DNA from: Anthocerotibacter panamensis C109
Lineage (GTDB): Bacteria > Cyanobacteriota > Cyanobacteriia > Gloeobacterales > Anthocerotibacteraceae
Length of the DNA stretch: 24,000 nt
NCBI RefSeq assembly: GCF_018389385.1
Contig: NZ_CP062698.1
Span: 3,294,667-3,318,666 of the forward strand
Direction: 5' to 3'
The position numbers and the translations under genes are program-made. The notes below the pieces were generated by a model that saw nothing but the letters and a program-made list of their open reading frames with translations, was not told the origin of the DNA and did not search any database. This document shows, in pieces, positions 1-7,271 of this stretch; position 1 is the first letter of the stretch, and each line of letters begins with the position of its first letter.

Positions 1-143
1 TGGAGCACGAGGCCCCGTATTTCTACTGGGATGAGGGTCGTTGCAGGGCGATGTTTTGAGGGTATTCACTGAGGCTAGGAGGCTTGCTTTTGACCGGGTT
101 CTGCTTGTATGTTAAGCAGTGTCTTTAGATACATAGGTATAGA

Positions 144-149
144 TATAAT
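144..149 (+). promoter_or_regulatory. candidate -10 hexamer (TATAAT) upstream of the Rhs main gene
   Basis: Perfect TATAAT at 144-149, about 60 nt upstream of the GTG start. No convincing -35 at proper spacing; TTGACC at 90-95 pairs only with a poor TAAGCA -10. Sequence-only guess. Confidence 0.25.
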
Positions 150-194
150 CCTATCCTTTGGACTATACCGATGAATTCTAAAAAACTGAGTAGT

Positions 195-200
195 GAGGAG
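195..200 (+). promoter_or_regulatory. Shine-Dalgarno site of the Rhs main gene
   Basis: GAGGAG at 195-200, 7 nt before GTG at 208. Confidence 0.6.
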
Positions 201-207
201 TTGTTAG

Positions 208-303
208 GTGTTTGCGCTACTGGCCCGCTGGTTCCATAAATTTGTCTGTTTGCTGCTTCTGTTTATTTTTACGGGCAACCCCCTGACGGCAGTAGTCCAA
301 GCG
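208..303 (+). other. predicted Sec-type signal peptide of the Rhs protein
   Basis: N-terminus MFALLARWFHKFVCLLLLFIFTGNPLTAVVQA|AV has a basic n-region, a hydrophobic core and a VQA-A cleavage-like site. No PAAR, VgrG, LXG or TPS-type N-terminal domain recognised. Confidence 0.55.
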
Positions 304-3300
304 GCGGTCTATGTCCCGAGTGGTTTCTACTACTACGACACTCTAGACTTGGCGCTGGGCGGGCAGTATCCCCTCTTTGTATCCCGACATTACCAGAGTC
401 AATCAGCTAGCGGTGCTTCAGTTGCGGGGTTGGATGGTCCTTTTGGACCAGGGACGCACATGGGGCTCTACAGCCTCAGAGCAGAGGTGGTCAGCACTTT
501 CCGGGTGCGCCTATTCATGCCCACGGGCGACGAGCAAGCCTTTATCAGAGTCGGCGATGGCACCTATCGCAATGAGCGCTTGTCTGACCCCATCCAGGGG
601 ATTGTCCAAGTCAATGGCACGACCATCACGCTGACGATGGAGCGTGGGACCGTTCTGAGCTTCACCGCCTCTGGGAGTACGCGACAGCTCAACTCCATCC
701 AGGACCGCCTCGGCAAAGTTATCCGGTTTGAGTATGACCCTGGGGAGAGCCGTATTCGCAAGGTCATTGATCCTTTTGGGCGCTACATCCAATTCGAGTA
801 TCAGGCGGGGACCAACCGGGTGAGTGTGGCCCAACTCTACGCCGGGACCGATGGCTTCAATGACTGGTTTGTAAGCTACGAGTACGACGGGTCGGGGAAT
901 CTGGTCCGTTTTCATAACGTGATGGATGGTCAGTTTGCCTCCCGTGCCGATGGCAGTCAGACTGCGACCAATGGCGTGACGCAATATAGCTACAGCGGCA
1001 ATGCCCTCACGACCATCACCGGACCGAGGGGCTATGTGGTCCTGACCAATAGCTATGACGGCAATGGACGGATCATTCAGCAGCGCTTGCCGGGGGTCAA
1101 TAGCAGCACCAGTGCTGACGATGTGCTCACCACCTACAGCTATGGGACCAACAGTGCAACGCTGAGTAACCGAGACCAAGCAGGGGCATCGCGCTTTCCA
1201 ACAACGTTGACTTGGGACGGGGCAACGCAAAATATCACCCAAGCCAGGTCTGAGGTGGATGGAAGTACCAGCAACGCCACCTATGACCCCACCTACAACC
1301 TGATTGCCACCTACAAGAATGCGCTCAACCAGCAGACGACCTGGAATTACCAGTTAGACAGCAGTGGGACCTTCACTCGCCTATCTCGCATACAACAAAG
1401 TGACAGCAGTCAGACGAATTTTAGCTTCAATGGCTCCTTTGGGCGCATCAGTAGTGTGACCGATGAGCGCAATCAGACCACGAGCTTTACCTACCATGCG
1501 GCGGACCAGTCCTTTGGGCTCAATCAGGTCTCCTCGCCCCTGCCGCAGAACGATTTCTATCCCCAGTACAACAGCTACGGACAGCCCTTGCGCTACCAAG
1601 ACGGGCAGGGGCGGCAGGTTACCTACACCTATAACGACTATGTACCCTCGGGGACTGACCCCAACCCCAACACCCGCTTTCAGGATCTAGCCTCTATCAC
1701 GGACGGGTCGGGCGTGCAGGTGCGCCTGAGCTATGATGCGCTGTCGCGGCTGACTAGTTTGACCGATGCTACGGGCAATACTTGGACCTACAGCTATGAC
1801 CGGCTCGGGCGGGTGCTCCAGATTATTGCTCCCGGCAACCGCACCACCCGCTACACCTATGATGACCAGTCGAATCTGACGAGCCTCACGGCTCCCAATG
1901 GCGTCAAGACCACCTATACCTATGATGCTTTGGACCGGGTGGCAAGCCGCACCCAGAATGGGCGCACGGAGTCCTATGGGTACAACGAACTGGGGCAACT
2001 GACCAGCAGCACCGACCCGAAGGGGCAGGTGACGAGCTACACCTTTGACAGTAAGGGGCGTACCGCGACGGTCACTTTCAACAACCAATCCACCCTGAGC
2101 TACAGCTACAACACGCTGGACCAAGTCACCCAGATAACGGATAGCTCCGACCCTGCCGGGAGCAAGAATATTGCCTTTAGCTACAGCACAGCCAGTAATC
2201 AAATCAACCGGCTAGCGCAGGTGACGACCGCTCCAGGCACCACGAGTCAGGATAAGTTGAACTACGCTTACGATGCGGCAGGGAATCTGACCAAAGTCAC
2301 CCGCGAGGCTCCACCGCCCCAGGAGCCCTATGGGTTTATGGACTATGGCAACTGTCAAAATGCTGGAGGATGGGCCTATGACCCGGATAACCCTAGCGCA
2401 ATTCTGGGCATTAACTTTTATCTGGATGGCCCGAGAGGGTCCGGGACCTATTTCGCATCAACGCAAACGGGGCTGTACCGCTCGGACCTCCAAGCCAATT
2501 GGGGATTTAACTTCACCTACCCCACCCCATTCCAGGACAACAGAGCACACACTGTCTACGCCTATGCCGTCAAAAATGGGATAGAAACTCTCCTGAACAC
2601 GGACCCTCAAACTACCCCTGTTTGTGCAGCACCAGCCCCCCCACCCACTACCCTTAACTGCGCCAACTACCCACTCAGCTTGAGTATTGACGAGGGTAAT
2701 TACTTCCCCGTTGGCAACGCTACTTTCCGGTGGACAGCCCCCGGTACTCCTAATGGTTACTACATTCGGGTTCAGAATGCAGCTACCGGTGCTATCCGCT
2801 ATGACAGCTCGCTGGTGAGCTTCACGTCCACGATATTGAGTCTGTCGCTGGGGAATTATCTGCTGAGCGGTTCTGTCTGGCTCAATGCTCCCAATGTCAT
2901 AGGCGCAACTCCAGATGCCGGAGGCTCTCGGTGTCCTAGCACCACGCCTATTGCCTTCACTGTCTACCGGGAGAATCGCCCCCCCCTGCAAAGTCCACAA
3001 CCCTTAGTTCTCCAGAATAAGGCTGAGGCATCTCTGGCTCCTGTCGTGTCCCCAGCGCCCCAACCGGATGTACCCCAGGGACCACCCGTGCTGACGGATT
3101 TGCTGCGCTACAGCTACAAGAATGACAACAGTCTGGCGAGCGCCACCTTAGTAGGCAATGGCGATGGCGCGGACCTGACGGTGAGCTTCAACTATGACGC
3201 TTCCGGCTCGCTGACCAGTGTGAGCTACCCCAATGGCTTGACCGGCAACTACAGCTACACGCGCCCGAGCGGTTCTCCCAATGGCGATGTCCGGCAGGTG

Positions 3301-6300
3301 ACCTTTAGCGTCGGCAGTACCGGCTTGCGTCAGGTCACCTATAGCTATGACTACGATGCCAGCAGCACCACAGCGCGGGGATATCTGACCCAGCGCACGG
3401 AGAGTGGTCCCAATGTGCCAGCCATTGCCCAGGGTCAGCAGTTCAGCTACAACGCGGTCGGGGAGCTAACCAGCACGCAGACTACAGCGGGCAGCTACAC
3501 CAGTGCCTACGACCTAGACGGTAACCCCACCGCTATCACCAATGCTGGGGTGAATACGACCGCCACCTATGAAGCAGGTAGCAACCGGATGACCGGCTTT
3601 GGGGGTCGCACCATTCAGACGGATGCCAACGGTAATATCACTAACGATGGCATCAACCGCTATGAGTGGAATGCCCGTGATGAACTCATCACCATCCGCG
3701 ACCAGAGTAACAACATCAGGGCCACGTTTATCTATGACGCTCTGGGTCGCCGTATTCAGAAGACAGTCAATGGGATAACCACCCAGTTCACCTACAGTGG
3801 CAGTCAGGTCATTGAAGAAGTGACCAATGGGGTCAAGAAGCGCTACTTGGTCGGTTTAGGGCTTGATGCAGTCTATGCTAGCCGAACTAATGGCGCGGAT
3901 GAATATTTGCTCAGAGACGCCCTCAACGGTTCCATCATTGCTGTGGTTGCGGGGAGCAATTCTCCGTATGTGAAGACCGGCTATGGCTACACGCCCTTCG
4001 GTCAAGTTGTGACTTCGAGTATCAACACTCTTCTGAGTGCGGACATCCTGTGGCGCAACACTGCCAGCAATCAAGTTGCAGTTTGGTTGATGAATGGAGC
4101 TACCTTTTCTGCTTCCACCCCTATTTCATATTATGCAGACCAAAATTGGCAAGTAGCGGCGAGTGGAGACTTGAATCAGGATGGCAAAACCGACATTCTT
4201 TGGCGAAACCTAATCACCGGACAAAATGTGGCATGGCTACTTGATGGAACCGCCTATAAGGGCGACGGCCCCTTACCTACCGTTACAGACCTATCCTGGC
4301 ATATTGAAGGCATAGCAGACTTCAATGGCGACGGGAAAAACGACTTGCTGTGGCGCAATTACGCTTCAGGAGCAAACTCTATCTGGTTGATGGATGGGAC
4401 AACACCGATAAGCTATCCTTCCTTACCCTGGCCTGCGGTCGGGGATCTTAATTGGCACATTGAGGAAGCTGCCGACTTCACAGGGGATGGGCAGCCTGAT
4501 ATCCTGTGGCGCAACTACAGCACTGGGACAGTAAGCATTTGGGTGATGAATGGGTTGAACTTTGTCTACAGTATTGGTTTGCCTATTGCGCCTGATCCAG
4601 CTTGGAAAGTTGGTGGGGTTGGCGACTTCACCGGAGACGGGAAAACAGATATCCTTTGGCGCAACTATACCGGTGGCGATATCCATATTTGGGTGATGTC
4701 TGGAGTTACCTATACGACCAGCATCGTTCTGTCTCCAGTTACCGATTTGAATTGGCAAATTGCCAGTGCTGGCGACTTTGGAGGTCCTGGTAGTGTCCCA
4801 CCTAACAATCTAACCTTCACAGGGCGCGAAGACGACGGAACCGGCCTCATCTACTACCGCGCCCGCTACTATTCTCCCGACCTGCAACGCTTTATCGCAG
4901 AAGACCCCTTGGGTTTTGGTGGGGGCGACACCAATCTCTACCGCTATGTGGGTAATACCCCCCATCTCGCGGTAGACCCCAGTGGCCTCCAGCAAACAAA
5001 ATTAAGTCCTAAGCCTACCCCCAGAAAACAAAGCAATGTCACCACCCAAAGTAGCATTACCGCCCCTGGTCCGACGACCAACAATTCTTGTGGTGTGGTT
5101 GTGTTCGGACCCGTTACCGCCTCCGCCGCACAGGGTAACCAAGCCATTGGGACAGACCCCCCACCTTCGCCTAACGACACTATTTGCGGATTTAGTATAA
5201 CCATTGGGGTTGGCGGCGGCGGCGGTTTCGTCGTCGCACTACCTGGTCAGACCGTCGCTGCTGGGGGTTCAGTTTCCTACGTTCCCTTCACCTACTTTTG
5301 CAATGCTTCCACCCCCTGCCTGCCCGAGGCTTATATTCAACTGTCTCTGAGTGGACAGCCCGCCGATTGGGTGCAAAGTGCCACCGCGATACCCGGAAGG
5401 ACAACCTACAGCTTCAATCCGCCCAACGTGTTCCCCTCGCAGCAGCAGAGTAGCACCCTGACGATACGCACCGATGCCAGTACGCCGCCGAATACCTACA
5501 ATCTGACCATCGGTGGGACTACCATCAATGGACCGTCGGGGGTGCGCTCGATGTCCACCAGCCTGACGGTAACGCCCCCGACCACGCCCCCAAATACCCC
5601 AACCATCACCAGTGTGAGCAGTTTCAGTGCCCAAGTGGGACAGACAGTGACCCTCACAGGCAACAATCTAGGCAATGCCACGCAAGTGTGGTTTGGAGGA
5701 GTTCCAGCAGCGTTCACCCTCAATGTCTCGACCAATACAGTAACGGCGGCAGTGCCCCCGAATGCCCCCACGGCTCCAATCAGTGTGGTCACGGCGAGTG
5801 GGACAACGCAGACAGCGCAGAATTTTATGCCTACGAATGTTCCTACTGCTCCGAGGCGAGCACAGTTTGATTTGGGCATAGCGGCTCAACAGCTCCAGCA
5901 ATTCTACGAACGCAACCAAGATGCGCTTCAGGGCACGTTTAGCGCCTTGGGACAGGTTTTGAACGGTGGACTCACCGGAATCCTGGGTCTGCTTGAACTC
6001 AGTGGAGGTGCAGCACTACTGAACTACGCTAACCTTGAAGATGGCTCCCTGAGTGGTGCGGTAGCGGCAGCGGCAGCAGCAGACTTATTAGCGGTTGGTT
6101 CTACTACAGTCCTTGCTGGCAATGCTTTGGTAAATCAGGGCGTTAAAGGGTTGTTCGAGCAGCAGTATTATGCAGCTTCGCAAGGAGGTGGGCAGATATT
6201 TAATGTTAAGGGCATTGGAAACTTAGATCTCACATCTGGAGGTATTAATAACTTTATTTCTAAAAACGCTAATCGCTTTCAAAAAAAGTTAGGAGATAAG

Positions 6301-6537
6301 ATTGGTCAGGGGCGGTTACCCTTTGAGAAAGGGCGAGCAGGGTTTGATAAAGCCCTATCCATAATTGATCGAACCCTAAAGAATCCAACAGATGTCTTTG
6401 GTCCATTTACTTCAGCAAGAGGACAAAACACCGTGATCGATATATTTAGTAGAGAAACAGGTTTTACAGTCCGAATCCGAGCCGATGGGAGTTTTGACAC
6501 CCTAATTCCAGGGCCAACACGAGGAATAAGACCATGA
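208..6537 (+). CDS. Full-length Rhs/YD-repeat polymorphic toxin (main gene, 2109 aa) with signal peptide, accessory-domain insertions, Rhs core end and a 515-aa post-DPSGL extension ending in a small variable toxin domain
   Basis: Single 6.3-kb ORF. Many YD-repeat signatures (YEYDGSGNLV, YSYDRLGRV, YTYDALDRV, YGYNELGQL, YAYDAAGNL, FIYDALGRR). Rhs core-end block LTFTGREDDGTGLIYYRARYYSPDLQRFIAEDPLGFGGGDTNLYRYVGNTPHLAVDPSGL at 4810-4989. The stop overlaps the next ATG (ATGA at 6534-6537). Confidence 0.9.
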   Translation: MFALLARWFHKFVCLLLLFIFTGNPLTAVVQAAVYVPSGFYYYDTLDLALGGQYPLFVSRHYQSQSASGASVAGLDGPFGPGTHMGLYSLRAEVVSTFRVRLFMPTGDEQAFIRVGDGTYRNERLSDPIQGIVQVNGTTITLTMERGTVLSFTASGSTRQLNSIQDRLGKVIRFEYDPGESRIRKVIDPFGRYIQFEYQAGTNRVSVAQLYAGTDGFNDWFVSYEYDGSGNLVRFHNVMDGQFASRADGSQTATNGVTQYSYSGNALTTITGPRGYVVLTNSYDGNGRIIQQRLPGVNSSTSADDVLTTYSYGTNSATLSNRDQAGASRFPTTLTWDGATQNITQARSEVDGSTSNATYDPTYNLIATYKNALNQQTTWNYQLDSSGTFTRLSRIQQSDSSQTNFSFNGSFGRISSVTDERNQTTSFTYHAADQSFGLNQVSSPLPQNDFYPQYNSYGQPLRYQDGQGRQVTYTYNDYVPSGTDPNPNTRFQDLASITDGSGVQVRLSYDALSRLTSLTDATGNTWTYSYDRLGRVLQIIAPGNRTTRYTYDDQSNLTSLTAPNGVKTTYTYDALDRVASRTQNGRTESYGYNELGQLTSSTDPKGQVTSYTFDSKGRTATVTFNNQSTLSYSYNTLDQVTQITDSSDPAGSKNIAFSYSTASNQINRLAQVTTAPGTTSQDKLNYAYDAAGNLTKVTREAPPPQEPYGFMDYGNCQNAGGWAYDPDNPSAILGINFYLDGPRGSGTYFASTQTGLYRSDLQANWGFNFTYPTPFQDNRAHTVYAYAVKNGIETLLNTDPQTTPVCAAPAPPPTTLNCANYPLSLSIDEGNYFPVGNATFRWTAPGTPNGYYIRVQNAATGAIRYDSSLVSFTSTILSLSLGNYLLSGSVWLNAPNVIGATPDAGGSRCPSTTPIAFTVYRENRPPLQSPQPLVLQNKAEASLAPVVSPAPQPDVPQGPPVLTDLLRYSYKNDNSLASATLVGNGDGADLTVSFNYDASGSLTSVSYPNGLTGNYSYTRPSGSPNGDVRQVTFSVGSTGLRQVTYSYDYDASSTTARGYLTQRTESGPNVPAIAQGQQFSYNAVGELTSTQTTAGSYTSAYDLDGNPTAITNAGVNTTATYEAGSNRMTGFGGRTIQTDANGNITNDGINRYEWNARDELITIRDQSNNIRATFIYDALGRRIQKTVNGITTQFTYSGSQVIEEVTNGVKKRYLVGLGLDAVYASRTNGADEYLLRDALNGSIIAVVAGSNSPYVKTGYGYTPFGQVVTSSINTLLSADILWRNTASNQVAVWLMNGATFSASTPISYYADQNWQVAASGDLNQDGKTDILWRNLITGQNVAWLLDGTAYKGDGPLPTVTDLSWHIEGIADFNGDGKNDLLWRNYASGANSIWLMDGTTPISYPSLPWPAVGDLNWHIEEAADFTGDGQPDILWRNYSTGTVSIWVMNGLNFVYSIGLPIAPDPAWKVGGVGDFTGDGKTDILWRNYTGGDIHIWVMSGVTYTTSIVLSPVTDLNWQIASAGDFGGPGSVPPNNLTFTGREDDGTGLIYYRARYYSPDLQRFIAEDPLGFGGGDTNLYRYVGNTPHLAVDPSGLQQTKLSPKPTPRKQSNVTTQSSITAPGPTTNNSCGVVVFGPVTASAAQGNQAIGTDPPPSPNDTICGFSITIGVGGGGGFVVALPGQTVAAGGSVSYVPFTYFCNASTPCLPEAYIQLSLSGQPADWVQSATAIPGRTTYSFNPPNVFPSQQQSSTLTIRTDASTPPNTYNLTIGGTTINGPSGVRSMSTSLTVTPPTTPPNTPTITSVSSFSAQVGQTVTLTGNNLGNATQVWFGGVPAAFTLNVSTNTVTAAVPPNAPTAPISVVTASGTTQTAQNFMPTNVPTAPRRAQFDLGIAAQQLQQFYERNQDALQGTFSALGQVLNGGLTGILGLLELSGGAALLNYANLEDGSLSGAVAAAAAADLLAVGSTTVLAGNALVNQGVKGLFEQQYYAASQGGGQIFNVKGIGNLDLTSGGINNFISKNANRFQKKLGDKIGQGRLPFEKGRAGFDKALSIIDRTLKNPTDVFGPFTSARGQNTVIDIFSRETGFTVRIRADGSFDTLIPGPTRGIRP
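2302..3090 (+). other. about 263-aa non-YD insertion in the Rhs shell region: GWAxDxD-type beta domain, Pro-rich linker, Ig/FN3-like domain, Pro-rich linker
   Basis: YD periodicity stops after YAYDAAGNLTKVTRE and resumes at LLRYSYKNDNSLASA. The insert contains YGFMDYGNCQNAGGWAYDPDNPSAILGINFYLDG...RSDLQANWGFNF...HTVYAYAV, then PVCAAPAPPPTT, then a beta-rich segment (NATFRWTAPGTPNGYYIRVQN...IAFTVY), then a P/Q-rich linker. Confidence 0.5.
4042..4809 (+). repeat. five tandem ~50-aa FG-GAP/VCBS-like repeats inserted between the last YD repeat and the Rhs core-end motif
   Basis: Repeating unit GDFxGDGKxDILWRNxxxGxxxxWxMxG. The DILWRN/DLLWRN codons recur at about 4042, 4195, 4345, 4498 and 4651 (period ~150 nt). 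Flanked by YGYTPFGQVV upstream and NNLTFTGREDDGTGL downstream. Confidence 0.75.
4810..4989 (+). other. Rhs core C-terminal block ending in DPSGL (expected autoproteolysis/demarcation motif)
   Basis: LTFTGREDDGTGLIYYRARYYSPDLQRFIAEDPLGFGGGDTNLYRYVGNTPHLAVDPSGL. DPSGL is encoded at 4975-4989. Full or partial copies recur at 10926-11063, 12634-12748, 15235-15416 and 19447-19570. Confidence 0.85.
5236..5577 (+). other. Ig-like beta-sandwich linker domain (linker type B)
   Basis: ALPGQTVAAGGSVSYVPFTYFC...SSTLTIRTDASTPPNTYNLTIGGTTINGPSGVRSMSTSLTVTP. The pattern resembles CARDB/DUF11-like Ig folds. Copies occur in the cassettes at 9210-9338 (partial), about 12980-13325 and about 19817-20158. Confidence 0.4.
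5599..5832 (+). repeat. IPT/TIG-like Ig domain, copy 1 of 7
   Basis: PTITSVSSFSAQVGQTVTLTGNNLGNATQVWFGGVPAAFTLNVSTNTVTAAVPPNAPTAPISVVTASGTTQTAQNFMP. The P-x-I-x-S-V-S...G-x-x-V-T-L-x-G-x-N-L...V-x-F-G-G layout is typical of IPT/TIG domains. Confidence 0.6.
5860..6174 (+). other. Gly/Ala-rich hydrophobic pre-toxin segment type D1, ending in LFEQQYYA
   Basis: AQFDLGIAAQQLQQFYERNQDALQGTFSALGQVLNGGLTGILGLLELSGGAALLNY...AAAAAADLLAVGSTTVLAGNALVNQGVKGLFEQQYYA. LFEQQYYA is encoded at 6151-6174. Paralogous copy at 18177-18491. Confidence 0.6.
6196..6534 (+). other. variable C-terminal toxin domain of the main Rhs (family not recognised)
   Basis: Similarity to the paralogous cassette at 18177-18512 ends right after EQQYYAASQGGGQ. 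The unique ~113-aa tail ends ...VIDIFSRETGFTVRIRADGSFDTLIPGPTRGIRP. Confidence 0.5.
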
Positions 6538-7160
6538 CTAGAGAACCTCTTCAAAGTCCCATTGGATGGGCTGACCTAGAATGCCTTCTATCGTGTCAAG
6601 AGCTTTCTATTCAATCTTTATATGCACTCGTAAAGATTGTCCAGGATTATGGTTTCATTTTGTTAGGCAGTGAATCCTTGTTAGCGTATGGTGATGACCC
6701 AGTCACGCCTGAACAGGTGGTTCCTGCCGAAAGAGTTAAGGAGTTTATAGCAGCGTTAGATAATTTAAGCATACGACATTGTATACTAAATTTTACAGGA
6801 GTTCTAGTTGATGTTCGGACACCATTAAGTCTTATAGTCGATTTCTGCAATGCAGTTGTGGTTGTTAGCATTCCAGAAAATGCACTTTGGAACTTTATAG
6901 AAGATTTCAAGAAAGTAGATTTTAGAAAACTAGAATCTTTTGCTAAATTGTGTCATAAAATCGCTACGGAGATAAGAGCCATACGTGGCTATCTTGGAAC
7001 TGAAATGCTTCACAGGGAAGATATGAACCTAACGAGGGACTTACATGAAGTATCATCCCCTGTAGATGAAGCCTTCTTTTCTAAAGAAACTTTAAGAGGG
7101 CTTTTTGACTGGTATTTTGCCTATGTCTGTGGATTTAATATAGGGCACCTCGATAAATAG
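6534..7160 (+). CDS. putative cognate immunity protein of the main Rhs toxin; 3' end altered by IS insertion
   Basis: ATGA start/stop overlap with the Rhs gene. Visibly AT-richer than the toxin gene. The last 5 codons (GHLDK-stop, 7143-7160) are encoded by the IS terminal repeat. Removing the IS and one TATA copy restores ...CGFNIHTVQ-stop. Confidence 0.6.
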   Translation: MTREPLQSPIGWADLECLLSCQELSIQSLYALVKIVQDYGFILLGSESLLAYGDDPVTPEQVVPAERVKEFIAALDNLSIRHCILNFTGVLVDVRTPLSLIVDFCNAVVVVSIPENALWNFIEDFKKVDFRKLESFAKLCHKIATEIRAIRGYLGTEMLHREDMNLTRDLHEVSSPVDEAFFSKETLRGLFDWYFAYVCGFNIGHLDK

Positions 7161-7271
7161 ATTCTGCCACCCCTAATTATTAGATAGAATATTTTTTTCA
7201 AGCAATAGCAACCAAAGATATTCTATTGGGCTTCATTTTGCTGTTCTTGTTCTCTTTTTTATCTCATTTAC

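Noticed and set aside
3-59. Possible 3' end of an upstream gene (frame 3: EHEAPYFYWDEGRCRAMF-stop).
   Set aside because: Only 18 codons are visible with no recognisable motif, so it cannot be supported.
208-6537. Type VI secretion-dependent Rhs effector.
   Set aside because: No PAAR, VgrG, prePAAR/TMD or chaperone (EagR/DUF1795) signature was seen at the N-terminus or nearby. The N-terminus looks like a cleavable Sec signal peptide instead. A T6SS link cannot be excluded from 24 kb, but nothing here supports it.
377-6554. About twenty short ORFs, on both strands and in alternative frames, overlapping the 208-6537 gene (for example 511-1242, 1687-2202, 2458-3000, 5269-5634, 5496-5879).
   Set aside because: They lie wholly inside a long ORF with strong protein signatures. 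Their translations are Arg/Gly/Pro-rich low-complexity, typical of off-frame reading of GC-rich coding DNA. The same artefact ORFs recur wherever the TIG/linker DNA is repeated (9201-9650, 11486-11842, 13295-13692, 15617-15973, 17985-18236, 19850-20215, 20317-20667).
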